DNA of 64,000 bases from NCBI GenBank assembly GCA_964106645.2, contig OZ067052.1, one strand, 5' to 3'. Shown here one piece after another: positions 1-14,118 of this stretch. This DNA comes from Podarcis pityusensis (lineage: Eukaryota). Under the pieces are notes generated by a model. It searched no databases, was not told the origin of the DNA, and saw only the letters and a program-made list of their open reading frames with translations. The position numbers and the translations under genes are program-made. Numbering within the stretch: position 1 is the first letter of the stretch; each line of letters begins with the position of its first letter.

Positions 1-3000
1 CCAACAGACTCACTTCTCTCTTCCCAAAGTACTTCTAGATCTGACTTTTCAAATCACTTTTGCAAGTTTCTCGTCCGCAGGCATGTTGGAGGCCTGACTT
101 CTTTTAATCCAGTAAAACACAAAAATATAAGTTGTAGTTCCTGCCTTTTACATTAGGTTGTGACTAAATCAGAACATTATTTGAGCTCAATCCCTTCTTT
201 TCTGAATGTAATTAGGAACACACTGATTCTTATTGCAGCTGGCAGCCTCTCACTATTGCCTTTTTCTTCATGTGACCCCCATGGTCTCAATGACCTTTCC
301 TGGGGTTAGTCATAGGCCTTTTTCATTGTGATGGGCTAGAAGTGGCTCATGTGGAGTTGATTATTTCCTTGCTTGTCTGGTCTTTTTGGTGCCATAACTT
401 CAAGTCATTTCCATTTTCTTCTCTGTTTTTGGCTGACCACAGTGAAAGGAAATGCTTTTGCTGGCGACAGGATCAGTTTACATGCTTGGCCGACTTGATT
501 GAGCCTGTGAAAAGGTGGGGGCGCAGGGTAACAAACCCCAAAGGTGCTATATTTCCTAGGTATAATTTGGTAGTTGGTAGTGTCTATTAAACATCTAAAA
601 TCTGCTTAAATTTACATTTCCCTGATTTTCCAGTCTCCCTTTCAGTGTTTAATGCACAGCAACTTTTTAAAAATCCTAAACCCACAGCCCTGTGAGAGAG
701 AATGTATTAGTGTCAATTGTACATGAATGTGCATTGAGAGATTTTACAGTTCTCAGAAGAGTGAAGAAATGAACCCTGGGGTTAGCAGTTAAAATTGATG
801 GGCAGCAAGTCAGTTCCTACTAGCTGATGTTTAACCGCTCCTTGTAAACAAATAAGGCCTAGTGAATTGCATATGCCAGCTGTTACACTTGTATTCCTGA
901 GGTCTGACGAAACAGCATGAAAACTGTGATCAAAGGCTTTGAGAATCACGGAGGAGCCAGTGACTAAGGAAATGCCACTGACTAAGGAAATACCTTTCTC
1001 TAAATAATGTAGACGTCTCTACTTTTGCTTTTAAGGTGGCTCAGTGTGAAACTTAATGATCAATTTTCACTTTTAAAAATGTGTGCTGTTCCTGACACAT
1101 GTTGTGGAATCTAAATAGGTTTTCATTGATGCAAGGGGGGCAGTGTGACATGATGTTTTTTCACACAATGTTATGTACAGATTAAGATCATACAAAACTC
1201 TGAAATTGCAACAGAATGAAATAAGCAACTTTCATAAGTTGAAATTTCTCTGTCGCACAAAATTTTAAAATCCTCCATTTTTCAAAGGCATTGACTTGCA
1301 CTGGTGGTGTCATTTGCTGCCTCTCTCAGCTCTCCACCCCTCACTTCCATAATATGTAGATAGTACTGACATACATTCATGGATTTTTAAAGTATTATAA
1401 CAAGAAAAAATGTACCTGAAGTGTGTTGAACACTGTTGAGTGCCATATAGATGGATTATTATTCATTCAGTTAATATTCTCAAAGGGCAAAGAAGCTTTG
1501 TTGTAATTCATCTAAAGCAAATTAGCCACTTATCAAAAGCTCATTTTAGAGCTGGGGTAACAAAAGCAATATTGTCTGGCTTCTGGGAAATGGAATCATG
1601 ATCTTACTAATTTTTGATTTTTTTTTGAAAACTTGGTGCTGCTTTAAATGGATGATTTGCTTATTTGTTTAAGCACATCAGTAGAAGGGCCTAAAATATA
1701 TTCCAGTGCAGACATCACTAGATATATAGATGGTACAAAACAATGTATTAATCATGTGCACAAAATGATCTGAAAATATTTGATTGGATTGTAATGTTAA
1801 CTGCAGAATTTCCTGCAAATATCTCTAAAAATATTGTTCACTCATTTGATTTGAAATTCTGAACTAAAGCTAAATATAAATAGTGATGATTCGATTCTGC
1901 AGTAAATTTTCCAGTTCTGAATTTTGTTCACTATGGACAGTTAACATAGTAAATAAGGAATAAGTAATGATCCAGGTTTTGGAATATTGGAAATTGTGAT
2001 TAATGTCCAAAATAATATTCTGTGACTGAAATAAATGTAACATCTCATGCTGCCTCTTTCTTGAAGATTTGCAACTTGTACAGATGAGCAGACTTCAGTC
2101 GGTAGACTCATTGAATCTTGACCTATTGAAATGATCAATAGAGATATCAGTGATGACAAATGAAAGGACACCTGTCACTTAACAAAGTTGTTGGCCTTTC
2201 CTTTCAGCTTCAGGCTGGGTTTCAGTACTGTTGTTACCCTGGTAGATGACCTATGCTGTTGCAGAGATCTGGGTACCATGAATATTTATCCCCCCCCCCC
2301 AATCTTTCAGTTGACTTTGATACCATTGATTATGGATGTTGCTGGGAGGTTCAAGAAGGTGAACCTGGAGAACTGTTCTTCTGTTTAGCAGCTTAATTGT
2401 TGTAGGGTCCTTCCAGGATCCACACTGTCTCCAGGGTGATAATATACACAAGAATCATCAGAGTGAGATCAGCCCCAATAGGCATATGGTACACACTTCC
2501 GTTTATGTCTTCTATCTTAATGACATGATTCTTCAGCTTTACTGGGCACTTGCCTAGGGTCAATAATGCACTGATTAAATCCAGTCAAGTTGCTCATAGT
2601 CAATATTTCTCTGAAATGAAGTGAGACGAGTAACTATCAGGGACATAGGGACCATGACCTACAGGCTGAGGTCCCTTTAGCCCCCACCAATAAAATATTT
2701 GAGGGAGGCGGGCCCCTAAAGGTTGATTGGCATTGCCATTCAAATAGTGTGCATGTGCCATGTCATGTGATCAATTATGCAGGGTGGGGCTTACCTGGCC
2801 CCCCTCAATATTTTATTCAAGCTGTGATCAGGGAGGGTGTCTTTTTAGTAGTGGCAACCCAGGTAGGGAGCTCTTCCCAGGGATGTGTGTGTGTGGTGTC
2901 AAGCTTGTGGTCTTTTCAGTACAGTGTGAAGACTTTGCTGCTTATTGAGCTTAATGGCAATTAATATTGATTGGTCAGACTATCTACATATTTTGACTTT

Positions 3001-5484
3001 TAAAAAACAAAATATTGAACTTGTTAGGATTCACCTGCTTATCTCTCAGTATGATATATGAGGGACTCCATTCTCCTGTACAGACTTGCAGTTACTGCAG
3101 TATAGTCACTCACTGCAGTCTGCAGATGGAACCCTCCTGATTGTACCATGAACCACAGAGATCCAATTGCTGGTTGTGCAAAGAAATCCTTCTCTTTTGT
3201 GGCACCTACCACATGAAATGCTCTTCTCACTGAAATCAGGGAAATGCCAACCTTGGGGTGTTTCTGCCACTGATTTGAAGACATATCTGTTCATCTTTTC
3301 CCTGACCCTTAGTATTACTAATACTGGTCATTGGGATGATTGTACTGATTATTTTTATTGGATTTGATGCATTTTATTATTGTGTGAGCTGCTTTGGTAT
3401 TTCTTTCTGGAATAGAAATGTTTTAATAAACAACCTGAAAAATCTACCTGCAATGCCCTTCTGCATTCTACAGAGGAAAAACCCATCTCTGTGCAAAAGA
3501 ATATGTGAACACAAATCTGACACCAGAAATGACATTATGGGGGGTATTTCTGTAAATGACCTCAAAGTGCCCATCCTAAAGCAAAGGGACTTCAGAGGCA
3601 GAATAGTTTTCCAGTGCCAGAATTTCTGTCATCATCTACACTTTGTGAATTACCACTGTCAAGTATGTAATGGTCACTGTCTATATTTTCTGCATTTCAT
3701 TTTCCTTTGACCTCAGTTTTTACAGTCCCTCTCAATGTGGTATATGCGTGTAAATATGTGTGTATCTACCTGTAACTTGAAGTAACACTTCATATGTTTG
3801 ATGAGGTGGACTAAAGACAACAAATACTTATGCCGGACCCACAAAAGACTAACACAGCTGTTACTTGGGAAATGGTTAGAATTCTACTGATATTTGATAC
3901 TTCATTGTTTGTAAGCTGCCTCATAGACCAAATGGTAGAAAGGCAGAATATTTTGCTGCCCTCAAAAATAGAAATGCTTTTGTAAATAAATACAGTGCCA
4001 AAATGTAGTTCAATGATGACTGCTTAGCTGCCCTGATTGAGATGATGCTTAAATCAGAAGCCGTTTGTGTTTGTGAATTACTGTTTTCTGATACAGAAAT
4101 TAACATACATGACATTTTGTTTTATATGGAAACTAATCTGCCAATAATAAATAAATTCTGGTCAGAAAGCCACTTAAGTGGTTACTGGATGAAGAGAAAG
4201 TGGGAGTAAAGAAATTCTTTAATAAGCCATCATAAAGTAAACTTCTTGAAAAGCAACATAATTTATTTTCTCTTATTAAACATGTTGCTATAAATAGTAC
4301 TGGGTCTTTTCTGGGTGTTCAGTTTTGTAGCAAACAGTAAAATTTGTGACATGTACAAGTTGCGTGAATCTGCTTCTACTTTTCATAATACATTTTATTA
4401 AGCATTCATGCTCCACTGAAAATTTAATATGGCAAGCATTCAGGAATCATGGATTTTTATCAGGCATTGCCCACCACTTTAAAACTTACCTTCAAAATAT
4501 ATGGGCTAGAAACTTAGGTCACATCCACAACTTACATTTAAAGCTCTTATACTGTTATAAGGGTAATGGAGAATCCTGGGAACTGAAGTTTGCTCAGGGT
4601 GCTGGTAATTGCAGGTCTGTGAGGTCAACACCCTAAAACAAACTACATTTCCTAGGATTCTTTGCAGGAAGTCATGGCTGTTAAATTGATATGAGTGCTT
4701 TATAGTGAGGGTGTGACCTTGCTCTTTTAGAATTAAAAGCATTGGAGAATGTAACATATGGTTGACTTCAGTTGCAAGTGTAAGTATGCTTTGCCCTCTA
4801 TCACTAGCCAGAAGAGTGAGGACCACTGGGAGGTTGTACCCCCTCCATCCCAGAGCACCATGGCAAAGGGAAGACTAGCCTGGCCCTGGCCATCATCCAT
4901 ATTTTCTTTCCATCTACCTAATGGAAATAACTCTGCACCAACCACGAGGGCCTGTGACTGCAGTTGTATGAAGAAGATGACACTGGCTTCCCTCACTTAC
5001 CAGAGCACTAAGGACCATTGAGTAGTTTCACAGGTTCTATTCCAGCCAGAATATTCACAAGGGAAGGCCAGTGATTATATGTGTTAAAATTTCACCTCTT
5101 CATTCTGGCAGTATCCAAACTGTTGATTTTCCTCAACCCTTTTCTTTTAGTCCCTTCTGCATGTGTGTCTCTTCCTTTGTAAAACTAAGGGTAGGGCCTG
5201 TGAATTCTTTCATTTGTGCACAGTGCTTACCACCACATGCATTGTCCGATATGAGCCTTTTTGTAGCCATTTTTGAGAAGCAGGATTAAGAGCATAAAGC
5301 CTGACTATGTAGCAACAAAAAACACAAAAGGCCACTTTAGACTGTTTATTTCATTGGATGGTTTCTTGTGTGAATACAACTGATGTTTTGTAAACCATGT
5401 TTCATTTAATACAACACTGATTTTTAAAAATAAAAGACAATCCTAGAAAATCAATACATTAAAGGGCGTGTATAGCATAGATGC

Positions 5485-5853
5485 GGGACGCGGGTGGTGC
5501 TGTGGGTAAAACCTCAGCGCCTAGGGCTTGCCGATCGCATGGTCGGCGGTTCGAATCCCCGCGGCGGGGTGAGCTCCCATCTTTCGGTCCCAGCTCCTGC
5601 CCACCTAGCAGTTCGAAAGCACTCCTAAGTGCAAGTAGATAAATAGGTACCGCTTTATAGCGGGAAGGTAAACAGCGTTTCCGTGTGCTGCGCTGTTGCT
5701 GGCTTGCCAGAGCAGCTTCGTCACGCTGGCCACGTGACCAGAAGGTGTCTCCGGACAGCGCTGGCCCCCGGCCTCTTAAGTGAGATGGGCGCACAACCCT
5801 AGAGTTGGACATGACTGGCCCATACGGGCAGGGGTACCTTTACCTTTACCTTT
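5485..5853 (+). mobile_element. Sauria SINE, full length
   Basis: tRNA-like head (gggacgcgggtgg...ggttcgaatccc), (ACCTTT)n tail, 12-bp TSD tatagcatagat at 5471-5482 and 5854-5865. Confidence 0.92.
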
Positions 5854-6419
5854 TATAGCATAGATATGTATATGGTCCACTGGATGACTTTTGAATTTTT
5901 TCTGTATACACAGCCTGTGAAATAACTGGGTAAAGTTGATGATGATGAGTGTAGTTTCAACTACACTCTTTACATAAATAGATGGTAGAAGGATTTGGCA
6001 GATAGAGAAAACGCTGCTTCTCATCCTCTTAAAGTTCTCTAAATGTTTACTTCTCACATGCTGCTCAGGTGGTTCTACTATTGAATAAATGAAAAACAAG
6101 CAAATGCACTCTTCTATACAGTTATTTCCATCTGTACAGCTTGAACTCTAAAGGATCACAAATAAAAATGAACTAAATACCTTGGATTATTTATGTGAGT
6201 TTTTCTCTTTTCAGTAAGAAAATTACCCAGCAAATGGTAATATAAAATGTTGAGTTCCTGCTGGTTGAGTATAGTTCACTTCTACATTGGACATTCTAAT
6301 GCAGCAATTATATACCTCATTTTATGGCATTTTTAAAAAACGCTTTCCTTACCAGACATGGAAAATAATTGACAGATTTGGTGCTAGCAATACCTCTAGA
6401 GTAAGCAAAAACACTACAG

Positions 6420-6627
6420 ATAGGTAGCCGTGTTGGTCTGCCATAGTCAAAATAAAAAAAATCCTTCCAGTAGCACCTTTAAGACCAACTAAGTTAGTTC
6501 TTGGTATGAGCTTTCGTGTGCAAGCACACTTCTTCAGATACACTGAAACAGAAGTTGCCAGATCCTTCTATATAGTGAGAAGGTGGGGAGGGGTATTACT
6601 CAGAAGGGTGGTGGGAATGGGAATGGG
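6420..6627 (-). mobile_element. Penelope-like element fragment
   Basis: gtagccgtgttggtc...gcacctttaagaccaac...cacttcttcagat terminus typical of reptile Penelope elements; 13-bp direct repeat aaaaacactacag at 6407-6419 and 6628-6640. Confidence 0.75.
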
Positions 6628-8315
6628 AAAAACACTACAGGAGACCTGTACACTCACCCACCCCTTTAGGCATGTTGTTCTTCCTAAAATGACTTTCAGG
6701 TACACCAGAACTGTATTGCAGTTGGAAACAGTTAGTGAAAAGTATGTAACATCTGTTTAAAACAGAGCTGAAAATGTAAATGCAGTGTGTTGAACACATG
6801 CAAAGACTTCACTCCTAAAAGCTGAATTCCCTTAAGTAACTTGGAGATCTCTTATGGCCTTCTTTGGTAAGGAAAGCAACATAGGGCTCATCTACGCTTC
6901 TGCTTGTGCTGTTCCTAGAAAGCACGGGTCTGAGTGGTTTTCCCCTTGCCCCACTCCTTTCCAACTGACAGAAAAGAAGTAGGCCTTCCCTCAAACGACC
7001 TTCAGTGTATCATTCTCATGACACCATCTGTGTGGCTGTACCATATTACATCTTATTCATGCAGTCTTTCTGGCCTCATCTTACTGTCCCATCAGAATGC
7101 TTCTATTCTGCAGGCATTTGACATACCTGATTAATGAATTTAATATGGCAAACCCTTGTTTTAGATTGCTTTTATCTGCTATGTCAGCCTTTTTAGCTGT
7201 TCTTACATTTACGCATCTGAAAGCTGTCTTGAGTCCCTGTTAAGGAACAACAACAACAACAATAACAATGTTGTTGCTGCTGCTGCTATATTGGTTTGTG
7301 GTAGTGGTAGGTTTGATTTTTCCTGTTTTTACCTATTGTGTACTGCCTTTACAACAGCAAATGCATTGGAAGGGCAGGTTAGAGTTTTCCTAGCACTGAG
7401 AGATGCTGAGGAGAAACTTAGGAGCTGGAAATGGAACAAGACAGTTTCATACCTGAAAAAACAGTAGTAATAAAATAAATACCTAAATAGTATCCTCCAA
7501 CATGTGCCGCTCCTTCCTCCTTGTTAGGAATTCCTTGGTAGCTAAGTTATACAAATGTTGTATTTGCTTAAATAGCAGGTACAGCTTCATTTTGTATGAT
7601 GGGATTCAATTAACCCACTAATATGTCTGTCAGGATCATATAAGTATGTGGAAATGGTACTGTAGCAATTATGGAATGAAGAAATAACCAACCTTATTTT
7701 TAGATTTTAAAAACTAACAAAAGCCAACTAGACAAAAGACATCTGCGAGAATTTCCTTTCGTAAAACAGTTATCATATTTACACACTTGTAAATATTAAA
7801 AGATGAAAGATTTATACGATCTGTAGGGGGGAGGGGGGTTATTGGTTTATTTTATTTTTGTTCATTTTAAAAATGTATTTTGTGTATTTAATCTTTTTTT
7901 ATGCTGTGAACCACCCAAAGATCTATGGATGTAGTGTACAGATTGAGTAAATCATAGTGTGGCCACCCCTGCTCTATCAAATAGCATTCCTGTTAAGATA
8001 TGACAGGTGTCCACTATCTGTACTTTCGAGAAACCATTAATGACTTTTTTGTTCTGATAGGTTTATCCAGGTGGATAATGGGTCTTTACTACAAGTGTTT
8101 ACTTGTTAGGATTTTAGTATTCTTTTAAATGTATTTGTTTTTGGTGTTTTAAACAGTTTTTAATTTTCTTATGTGTAAATCACATTGAGACAGTTATTTA
8201 GAAGGCTATTAAAAAATTAATTGTAATAATAATAACATGCCTATTCTTTTGTAGGCTCTTCAGTGATTCTCATTAATCTGAAGCTCCTTGCCACAACACT
8301 TTCTAACTTGGCACT

Positions 8316-8391
8316 ATGCATCCTGATCCTGGACCTTTACAAGAACTACTTTTTCTTATAGTTACCATTTGCTTCTCAACTACAGCTTCAG
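8316..8391 (+). CDS. CDON: CDON coding exon 1, signal peptide (MHPDPGPLQELLFLIVTICFSTTAS); 5'UTR part starts at 8255
   Basis: Acceptor tttgtag|G at 8255; gcactATG with A at -3; hydrophobic core; donor G|gtaagt. Not in the ORF track. Confidence 0.93.
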
Positions 8392-8511
8392 GTAAGTTCG
8401 CCTTCCTAAACTGTCATATATACCAAATGTTCTTCTCCAGAAATTTTGGTGGTTGATCTCTATTGCCATGCCCCTATATCATGTGCTCCTCACTTGGGCA
8501 CAACCTAACCA

Positions 8512-8579
8512 TTCGAATAGCCGACCTTCTGATCGGCAAGCCCTAGGCTCTGTGGTTTAACCCACAGTGCCACCCGCGT
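8512..8579 (-). mobile_element. Sauria SINE 5' fragment
   Basis: Reverse complement of the head of the 5485 and 27001 copies. Confidence 0.85.
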
Positions 8580-9399
8580 GGATACATCCCGTCAAAGACT
8601 GCCCACTAATATGGATTATTAGAGAGATACAGTATACTTACAAGAAGCAGAAAAAGTGAACCACACATGTGTGGATCTGTTCATATCAATGATACAGACG
8701 GATAAATTGGACCAGAAAGACCTTCCTGGATATAAGTACCTGAAGTGTCTGTTAATATCTGATAATCAAGCCAAAATATTATACTACTTTCTGTATTTAA
8801 AACTGAGTTTTAAAAAATCAGTCTAAGGATTTAGAATTAAACTTGATGATACCACATATGGTGATCAGAGGTTGCTGTATATTAAATAGTATGGCTTCAC
8901 TGTAATGAAAGCGGTTTCTGCATTGTCTAGCACTGTACTTGATTTTGAGAGTGGTAAAAATGCTCATATTGAGCTAAGGTTTAACTTCAAAATATTTTCT
9001 GTTCCAATCTGTAGTGCTTATGAGTAACGAATGCATAAATATTCAGGCTGGATATAAATTTAGAAATAGTATAAACTGGTCTGTATTTGTAGGAGATAGA
9101 TTAAAAAAATAAAATTCTATGGGATCCCCCCCCCATGATGTTGCCTATCGAAAATCCTGACACTATTTTATATTCTTTTGATTGTTGTGTTTTCTATATT
9201 GTACCTTTATTACATATTTCTTTTGCATCAATACGTATTAATGTTTTCCACTGCTTTGGGGGCCTTTGCGCTAAACTGCAGTACTGTATATAACTTGCAG
9301 CATACCAAATGTTTAGTTCACATTTTCGTACATACTCAAACTGCTAACAGCTAAAGGAATTGGTTGCACTGAGTGTGTGTGTGTGTCTTTCTTTTCTAG

Positions 9400-9672
9400 A
9401 CTTGATTCCTCACTTTGTTTCTGAGCCACTTTCTACCATCCAGAAACCTGGTGCAACTGTAAAGCTTCATTGTACTGCTGAGCCCTCTACAGCTCATGTA
9501 GCTTGGCTGTTCAATGGAGAGAAATTACACAAGAAAGTGGAGCAAGTAGACTCACAGCCAGGATACCTTACAATCTTCTCCCTTAGCCCTTCAAATTCTG
9601 GTGTATACCAATGCGTAGTCAATAACAGCATTGGTGCAATTATCAGCAGGCCTGCAACAGTATCTATTGCCT
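9400..9672 (+). CDS. CDON: CDON coding exon 2, Ig1
   Basis: ttctag|AC..GCC T|gtaagt; DLIPHFVSEPLS...YQCVVNNSIGAIISRPATVSIA. Confidence 0.96.
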
Positions 9673-10657
9673 GTAAGTTATACTTTTATTTATGGTAAAA
9701 CTGAGCACATTACCCTTTTATAACTTCTCCTTTTATTTTGTCCATTTTTTTTTGTTTGCCATATCCATGAATTTAACGTCTTGGAGGAATTTATGTGTCT
9801 TTAAACATGCCTTATTTGGGACAAAGGGGTGACCTCTGTGTTAGAAGCACATAGTAAAACAAAATATCTATTTTGTGTTTTTCTCTTGAAGTTAACTTCA
9901 TAATATAGAAAGAAACTATTACTAATTTCTTCCAGTAAAAATCAGTCCTCATATTGCAATTTATCAACATGTTCTAGAAAGGGAGTTTGTGCTAAATGAA
10001 GAAATCTATTTGAAGGCCTTTCCAAACACCCCCTAGTTTTTAGGTAGATGGTGCAAGTTTGCTCAGTTTTACCTGAATTGAAAGGGGAGGGGAAGAAAAG
10101 CTTGTTAATTCCATGGGAATTGCCATAATTTACATTATAAACCATAATCAACTGTAAAAAAATTAGATTTGCATGTACAATCTTAAATGAAAGTTAAAAA
10201 GCCTCAACAAAATAATCCCATGCTTATATTTGTCTTTTGAAAACCTTTCCCCCTCTTGTTTTCAAAAGTATTTCCAACTTGAGGGTGATTTGGCTTTGGG
10301 GGATCAGAAGTAAGATGCTTGAATTGTCTTGTAAGTCTGAGTTAAAGAATCTCCTTTATAAAGATGCTGTGTGTATGAAGCATATCCCAAATACCCATAA
10401 GAGAAAAGTTTCTCATAATTGAGACGGGTAAGTGTTTTTGTAGAGTATTGACCCATAGCAGGATTCCCTTGAGAGCTTATAAAGGTCAATTAGCACTGAC
10501 AACCTCTACTGGTTGCAATAAATTGTGAATATATCTAAGTGTACTGTACCACTTGGAGGTGAAAATGGCAATGGTGGAGCTACTGGTAGGTGAATTGGCA
10601 TTTAAGTGAACTAGCAGCTCTGTAACATAAGCTGAGAATTGTACAAAAGAGTGGCCC

Positions 10658-11020
10658 AGTTCACACATCACATTAAACCATAGTTAAAAGAAACCAGTGT
10701 GGAGCAGCATGTTCATGCATGCTGCTGAAGTCATGGGCACTTCACTTCTTCCTTGCCACTGCATGTCATGTTGTTCAAACCCAGTTGTTTTTTCTACAGA
10801 GGAGCAAGTTGTGGAAGCCAAGGTTAGTTGGAGAGAAACAAACCACAAGAGTGGGTTCAGATAACATGACATACCAGATCATGGCTTATTTCCCAACAGT
10901 ACAGCAGGAGCAGGGGAGGAAGAAGACATCTGTACTCTCAGCAGTATGCACCAGCAACTCTGCTCATTCAAACTCAGTCATAATTTATTTTAACAATGGT
11001 TTAATGTGCTGTGCAAACCT
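10658..11020. mobile_element. Degenerate non-autonomous DNA transposon
   Basis: Imperfect ~27-bp TIRs gttcacacatcacattaaaccatagtt / aacaatggtttaatgtgctgtgcaaac; related copy at ~15405-15592. Confidence 0.55.
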
Positions 11021-11433
11021 ATGAAAAACCAATGAAAAGTACAATAGCACTATATTCTACACATTGTTGAATTTCCATTCTGCTATTCTAAGTATCTTGC
11101 ATTGCAGGAACAAAATGTACTCTGTTCTTGTTACATGCCCTTTCTCTTGCACCTGATTTTATAACAGCATCCCACTAATTCTTGCATTTTAGCCTTTCCT
11201 TTTAGCCTTATTGCAATATAACTGAAAGTTTTTTCTAATGATACTTTGAATGAATTCATCCTACCTTTCATTTAGAATCGAAATTCTCTGATTGCCCATA
11301 TAGCATTGTTGAGGTCGAAAATGTTAGAAGAATTTTTAGATGGTGCTCTTCAGGAGACAGTCAATACAGTAACAATGGAGATTCATACTTAGGTATATTC
11401 ATCCCCAACACATACGTGTGTGCGTGCACACAG

Positions 11434-11456
11434 AGATGATGATGATGATGATGATG

Positions 11457-11500
<44 letters not shown>

Positions 11501-11812
11501 TTATTATTTATACCCCGCCCATCTGGCTGAGTTTCCCCAGCCACTCTGGGCGGCTTCCAATCAAGTGTTAAAAACAATACAGTATTAAATATTAAAAACC
11601 TCCCTAAACAGGGCTGCCTTCAGATGTCTTTTAAAGAGAAGATAGCTGCTTATTTCCTTCACATCTGAAGGGAAGGCGTTCCACAGGGCGGGCGCCGCTA
11701 CCGAGAAGGCCCTCTGTCTGGTTCCCTGTAACCTCACTTGACGCAATGAGGGAACCACCAGAAGGCCCTCGGCGCTGGATCTCAGTGTCCGGGCTGAATG
11801 ATGGGGGTGGAG
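11434..11812 (-). mobile_element. L2 LINE 3' end with (GAT)n(AAT)n microsatellite tail
   Basis: ORF 11585-11833 RTLRSS..RAFSVAAPALWNAFP..FKRHLKAALF resembles an L2 ORF2 C-terminus. Confidence 0.88.
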
Positions 11813-12059
11813 CTTGTAGAAAATAAACTTCAAACTGGGCTGTATGCTGGAACTTTAATTTCTGTGCTTAGTAAAGTGGGAGGGGAAGGACACACATGAA
11901 CTTAAGGCTTTCCTTCATTGTTACTTCATTGACATTCTCTCCTGAGAAATATCCTCTGATCAGGACTTGAGCACCCCATTTTTATTAAACCCAAAACTTT
12001 GGAAGTAGATCCTGCTGTATTTTCTGAACCTTTAAAGAAAAAACTACATTTTCTTGTAG

Positions 12060-12206
12060 ATCTTGATGATTTTGAGACCTCAGTGAGGAACACAATTGTT
12101 GCGGAAGAAGGGAATACTGCTTTAATCAGTTGCAAGCCACCAAAAAGTAGTCCAGAGGCACATATTCGTTTCCGTGTACGAGGGAAATGGCTGGAACAAT
12201 CAACAG
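12060..12206 (+). CDS. CDON: CDON coding exon 3, Ig2 N-half
   Basis: cttgtag|AT..ACA G|gtgaga; LDDFETSVRNTIVAEEGNTALISCKPP...RGKWLEQST. Confidence 0.96.
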
Positions 12207-12487
12207 GTGAGACTCTGTGTAATAAAAAGATATAAATGGCTGCAATACAGTGCACCCTTACCAAAGAATAAGTCCAATGGAACTCCATAGAATTAACTTC
12301 TGGGTAGATATATATATAGAGGGATGTCACTTTCTGTCTGTTTCCTGACCATTAGGAATTGCTACAGTAATTTGAGGTTTGGTCATTACATTATCTTTCT
12401 GTTTCAGTAAACACTGATTAATCTGCACACTTGAGTAGAAAATCAGTCCATAGCAACTCAATTAATAATAACCCAATTTTATCCTAG

Positions 12488-12631
12488 AAAACTACCTAAT
12501 TCTCCCATCTGGAAATCTGCAAATTTTGAATGTATCTTCAGATGACAAAGGATTCTATAAGTGTGCAGCATATAACCCAGTCACTGATGATCTTAAACAT
12601 GAACCCAATGGACATAAGCTCATAATCAGCA
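12488..12631 (+). CDS. CDON: CDON coding exon 4, Ig2 C-half
   Basis: cctag|AA..AGC A|gtgagt; [33 protein letters not shown]. Confidence 0.96.
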
Positions 12632-12939
12632 GTGAGTATTGAATATGATAAGACTAAAATTGTTCCATGAAATCATAGGGCATAAACCACCAAGGACTAC
12701 CACTGCAAGTTCCCTTAATCTCATACCTTGCACTTTGAAAAGTTCAGTTTAGAGGAAGCCCTGTCAAAGTATCAGGTACTATGCACACAACGCATAACCA
12801 GTTTTCCTTAACCATGGTTAAGCACTGAATCTAAATACCTAAATTATTACTATGGATGTGAAAACATAATTTGGAGTGTGTTTGTAAATTGTAGTATTAA
12901 CCTTTTTTAAGAGTTGCATCTGCATCAAGCAGACCATTG

Positions 12940-13113
12940 CAAAGGGCCACAACTCAGTGGCAGAGCATATACTTTGCATGAAAAAGTTGGCGTCTCTAGG
13001 TAGGACCAAGAAATGTCCACACCTTGAAACCCTGGAGAGCTGCTGCCAGACATGATAAGCAATACTGAGCTAGATAAACCAATAGTCTGGCTTCGTGTAA
13101 GGTAGATTCTTAT
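12940..13113 (+). mobile_element. Old tRNA-derived SINE (Squam2-like)
   Basis: ctcagtggcagagcat..gaaaccctggagagctgctgccag..ctgagctagat; related copies at 18109-18395, 48925-49041 plus 49407-49462, and 60290-60425 (-). Confidence 0.65.
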
Positions 13114-13424
13114 GGTTAAAGCAGTTTGCAAGCAGAGAAATGAACAAAGAAGGAAAAGTGATAAGCAGATCTTACTAATGTGTACTACTTAAGGTTTAGC
13201 TTGGCTATGCATGGCAAACATTTGGAAATTTAACCAGGCTGAAGGGAACAAACTACAATCAAATGTTACATCTTCACTCAGCCTAGGGTCAACAGTCTGT
13301 AGTTATGTTGGCATGTTTATAAAACGGTATAGAAACATAATGCCTTGGTGAGAATGTAGGAAGCCAGAGAGTCTTGAACACCCAATTGAAAAGAACTCAT
13401 GTATCCTTTCCTCTCAATTTCTAG

Positions 13425-13712
13425 GCTCTTCCTCAGACAACTTTCACATTGTTCATCCCACCACTTCTCAGACTTTGACAGTACCTCAGCACAATCCTTT
13501 GATGTTGGAATGTGTTGTTAGTGGGCTGCCTGTTTCTTATGTCCATTGGTATAAGGATGACCAAGATGTACTCACTAAAGGCAGGTGGAGAATGCTTCAC
13601 TCTCATCTTATGATAGACTCAATTAATACGTCAGATGCTGGAAATTACTCCTGTGTGGTGGATAACAAGTCCGGAGTTGTGAAACATGTAGACTACAGTA
13701 TAAATGTACTTG
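13425..13712 (+). CDS. CDON: CDON coding exon 5, Ig3
   Basis: ttctag|GC..CTT G|gtaaga; [18 protein letters not shown]...DAGNYSC. Confidence 0.96.
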
Positions 13713-13848
13713 GTAAGATATGCAGTGGCAAAATGCTTGATTGGCGAGTTTTTTTGAAGCAATAAATTTATGGTCCATGAGACATACTATTGTGAAATTA
13801 ACTGAATGAAAGCAGCATATCATATGTACATTTTCTTTTCCATTCTAG

Positions 13849-14118
13849 AATCACCATCAATTTCAAAAGGATTGCAAGATCAGTTAGTGTCCCTGGGTAA
13901 AAATATACATCTTTCCTGTGAAATACATGGAAACCCGACACCTAACCTCACCTGGTACCATAATGCAGCTCCTGTCCATCTTTCTTCACGGCACTTACCT
14001 TCAGGAAACAAGCTGAGAATTAATGGTTTCACCAGAGAAGATTCAGGGTTGTATCAGTGTTTAGTCAACAATGGCATTGGATTTGTGCAGTCTACTGGGA
14101 GACTTCATTCCCAAGGAG
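13849..14118 (+). CDS. CDON: CDON coding exon 6, Ig4
   Basis: ttctag|AA..GGA G|gtaaaa; [14 protein letters not shown]...[15 protein letters not shown]. Confidence 0.96.

Noticed and set aside
5485-5570. tRNA-like A/B boxes (also at 27001 and 49157)
   Set aside because: These are SINE heads, not tRNA genes; they continue into SINE bodies and tails.
342-8200. Numerous 60-124 aa ORFs upstream of the CDON ATG
   Set aside because: No homology cues, mostly non-ATG starts, several derived from SINE or Penelope sequence; no CpG island or evident exon 1.
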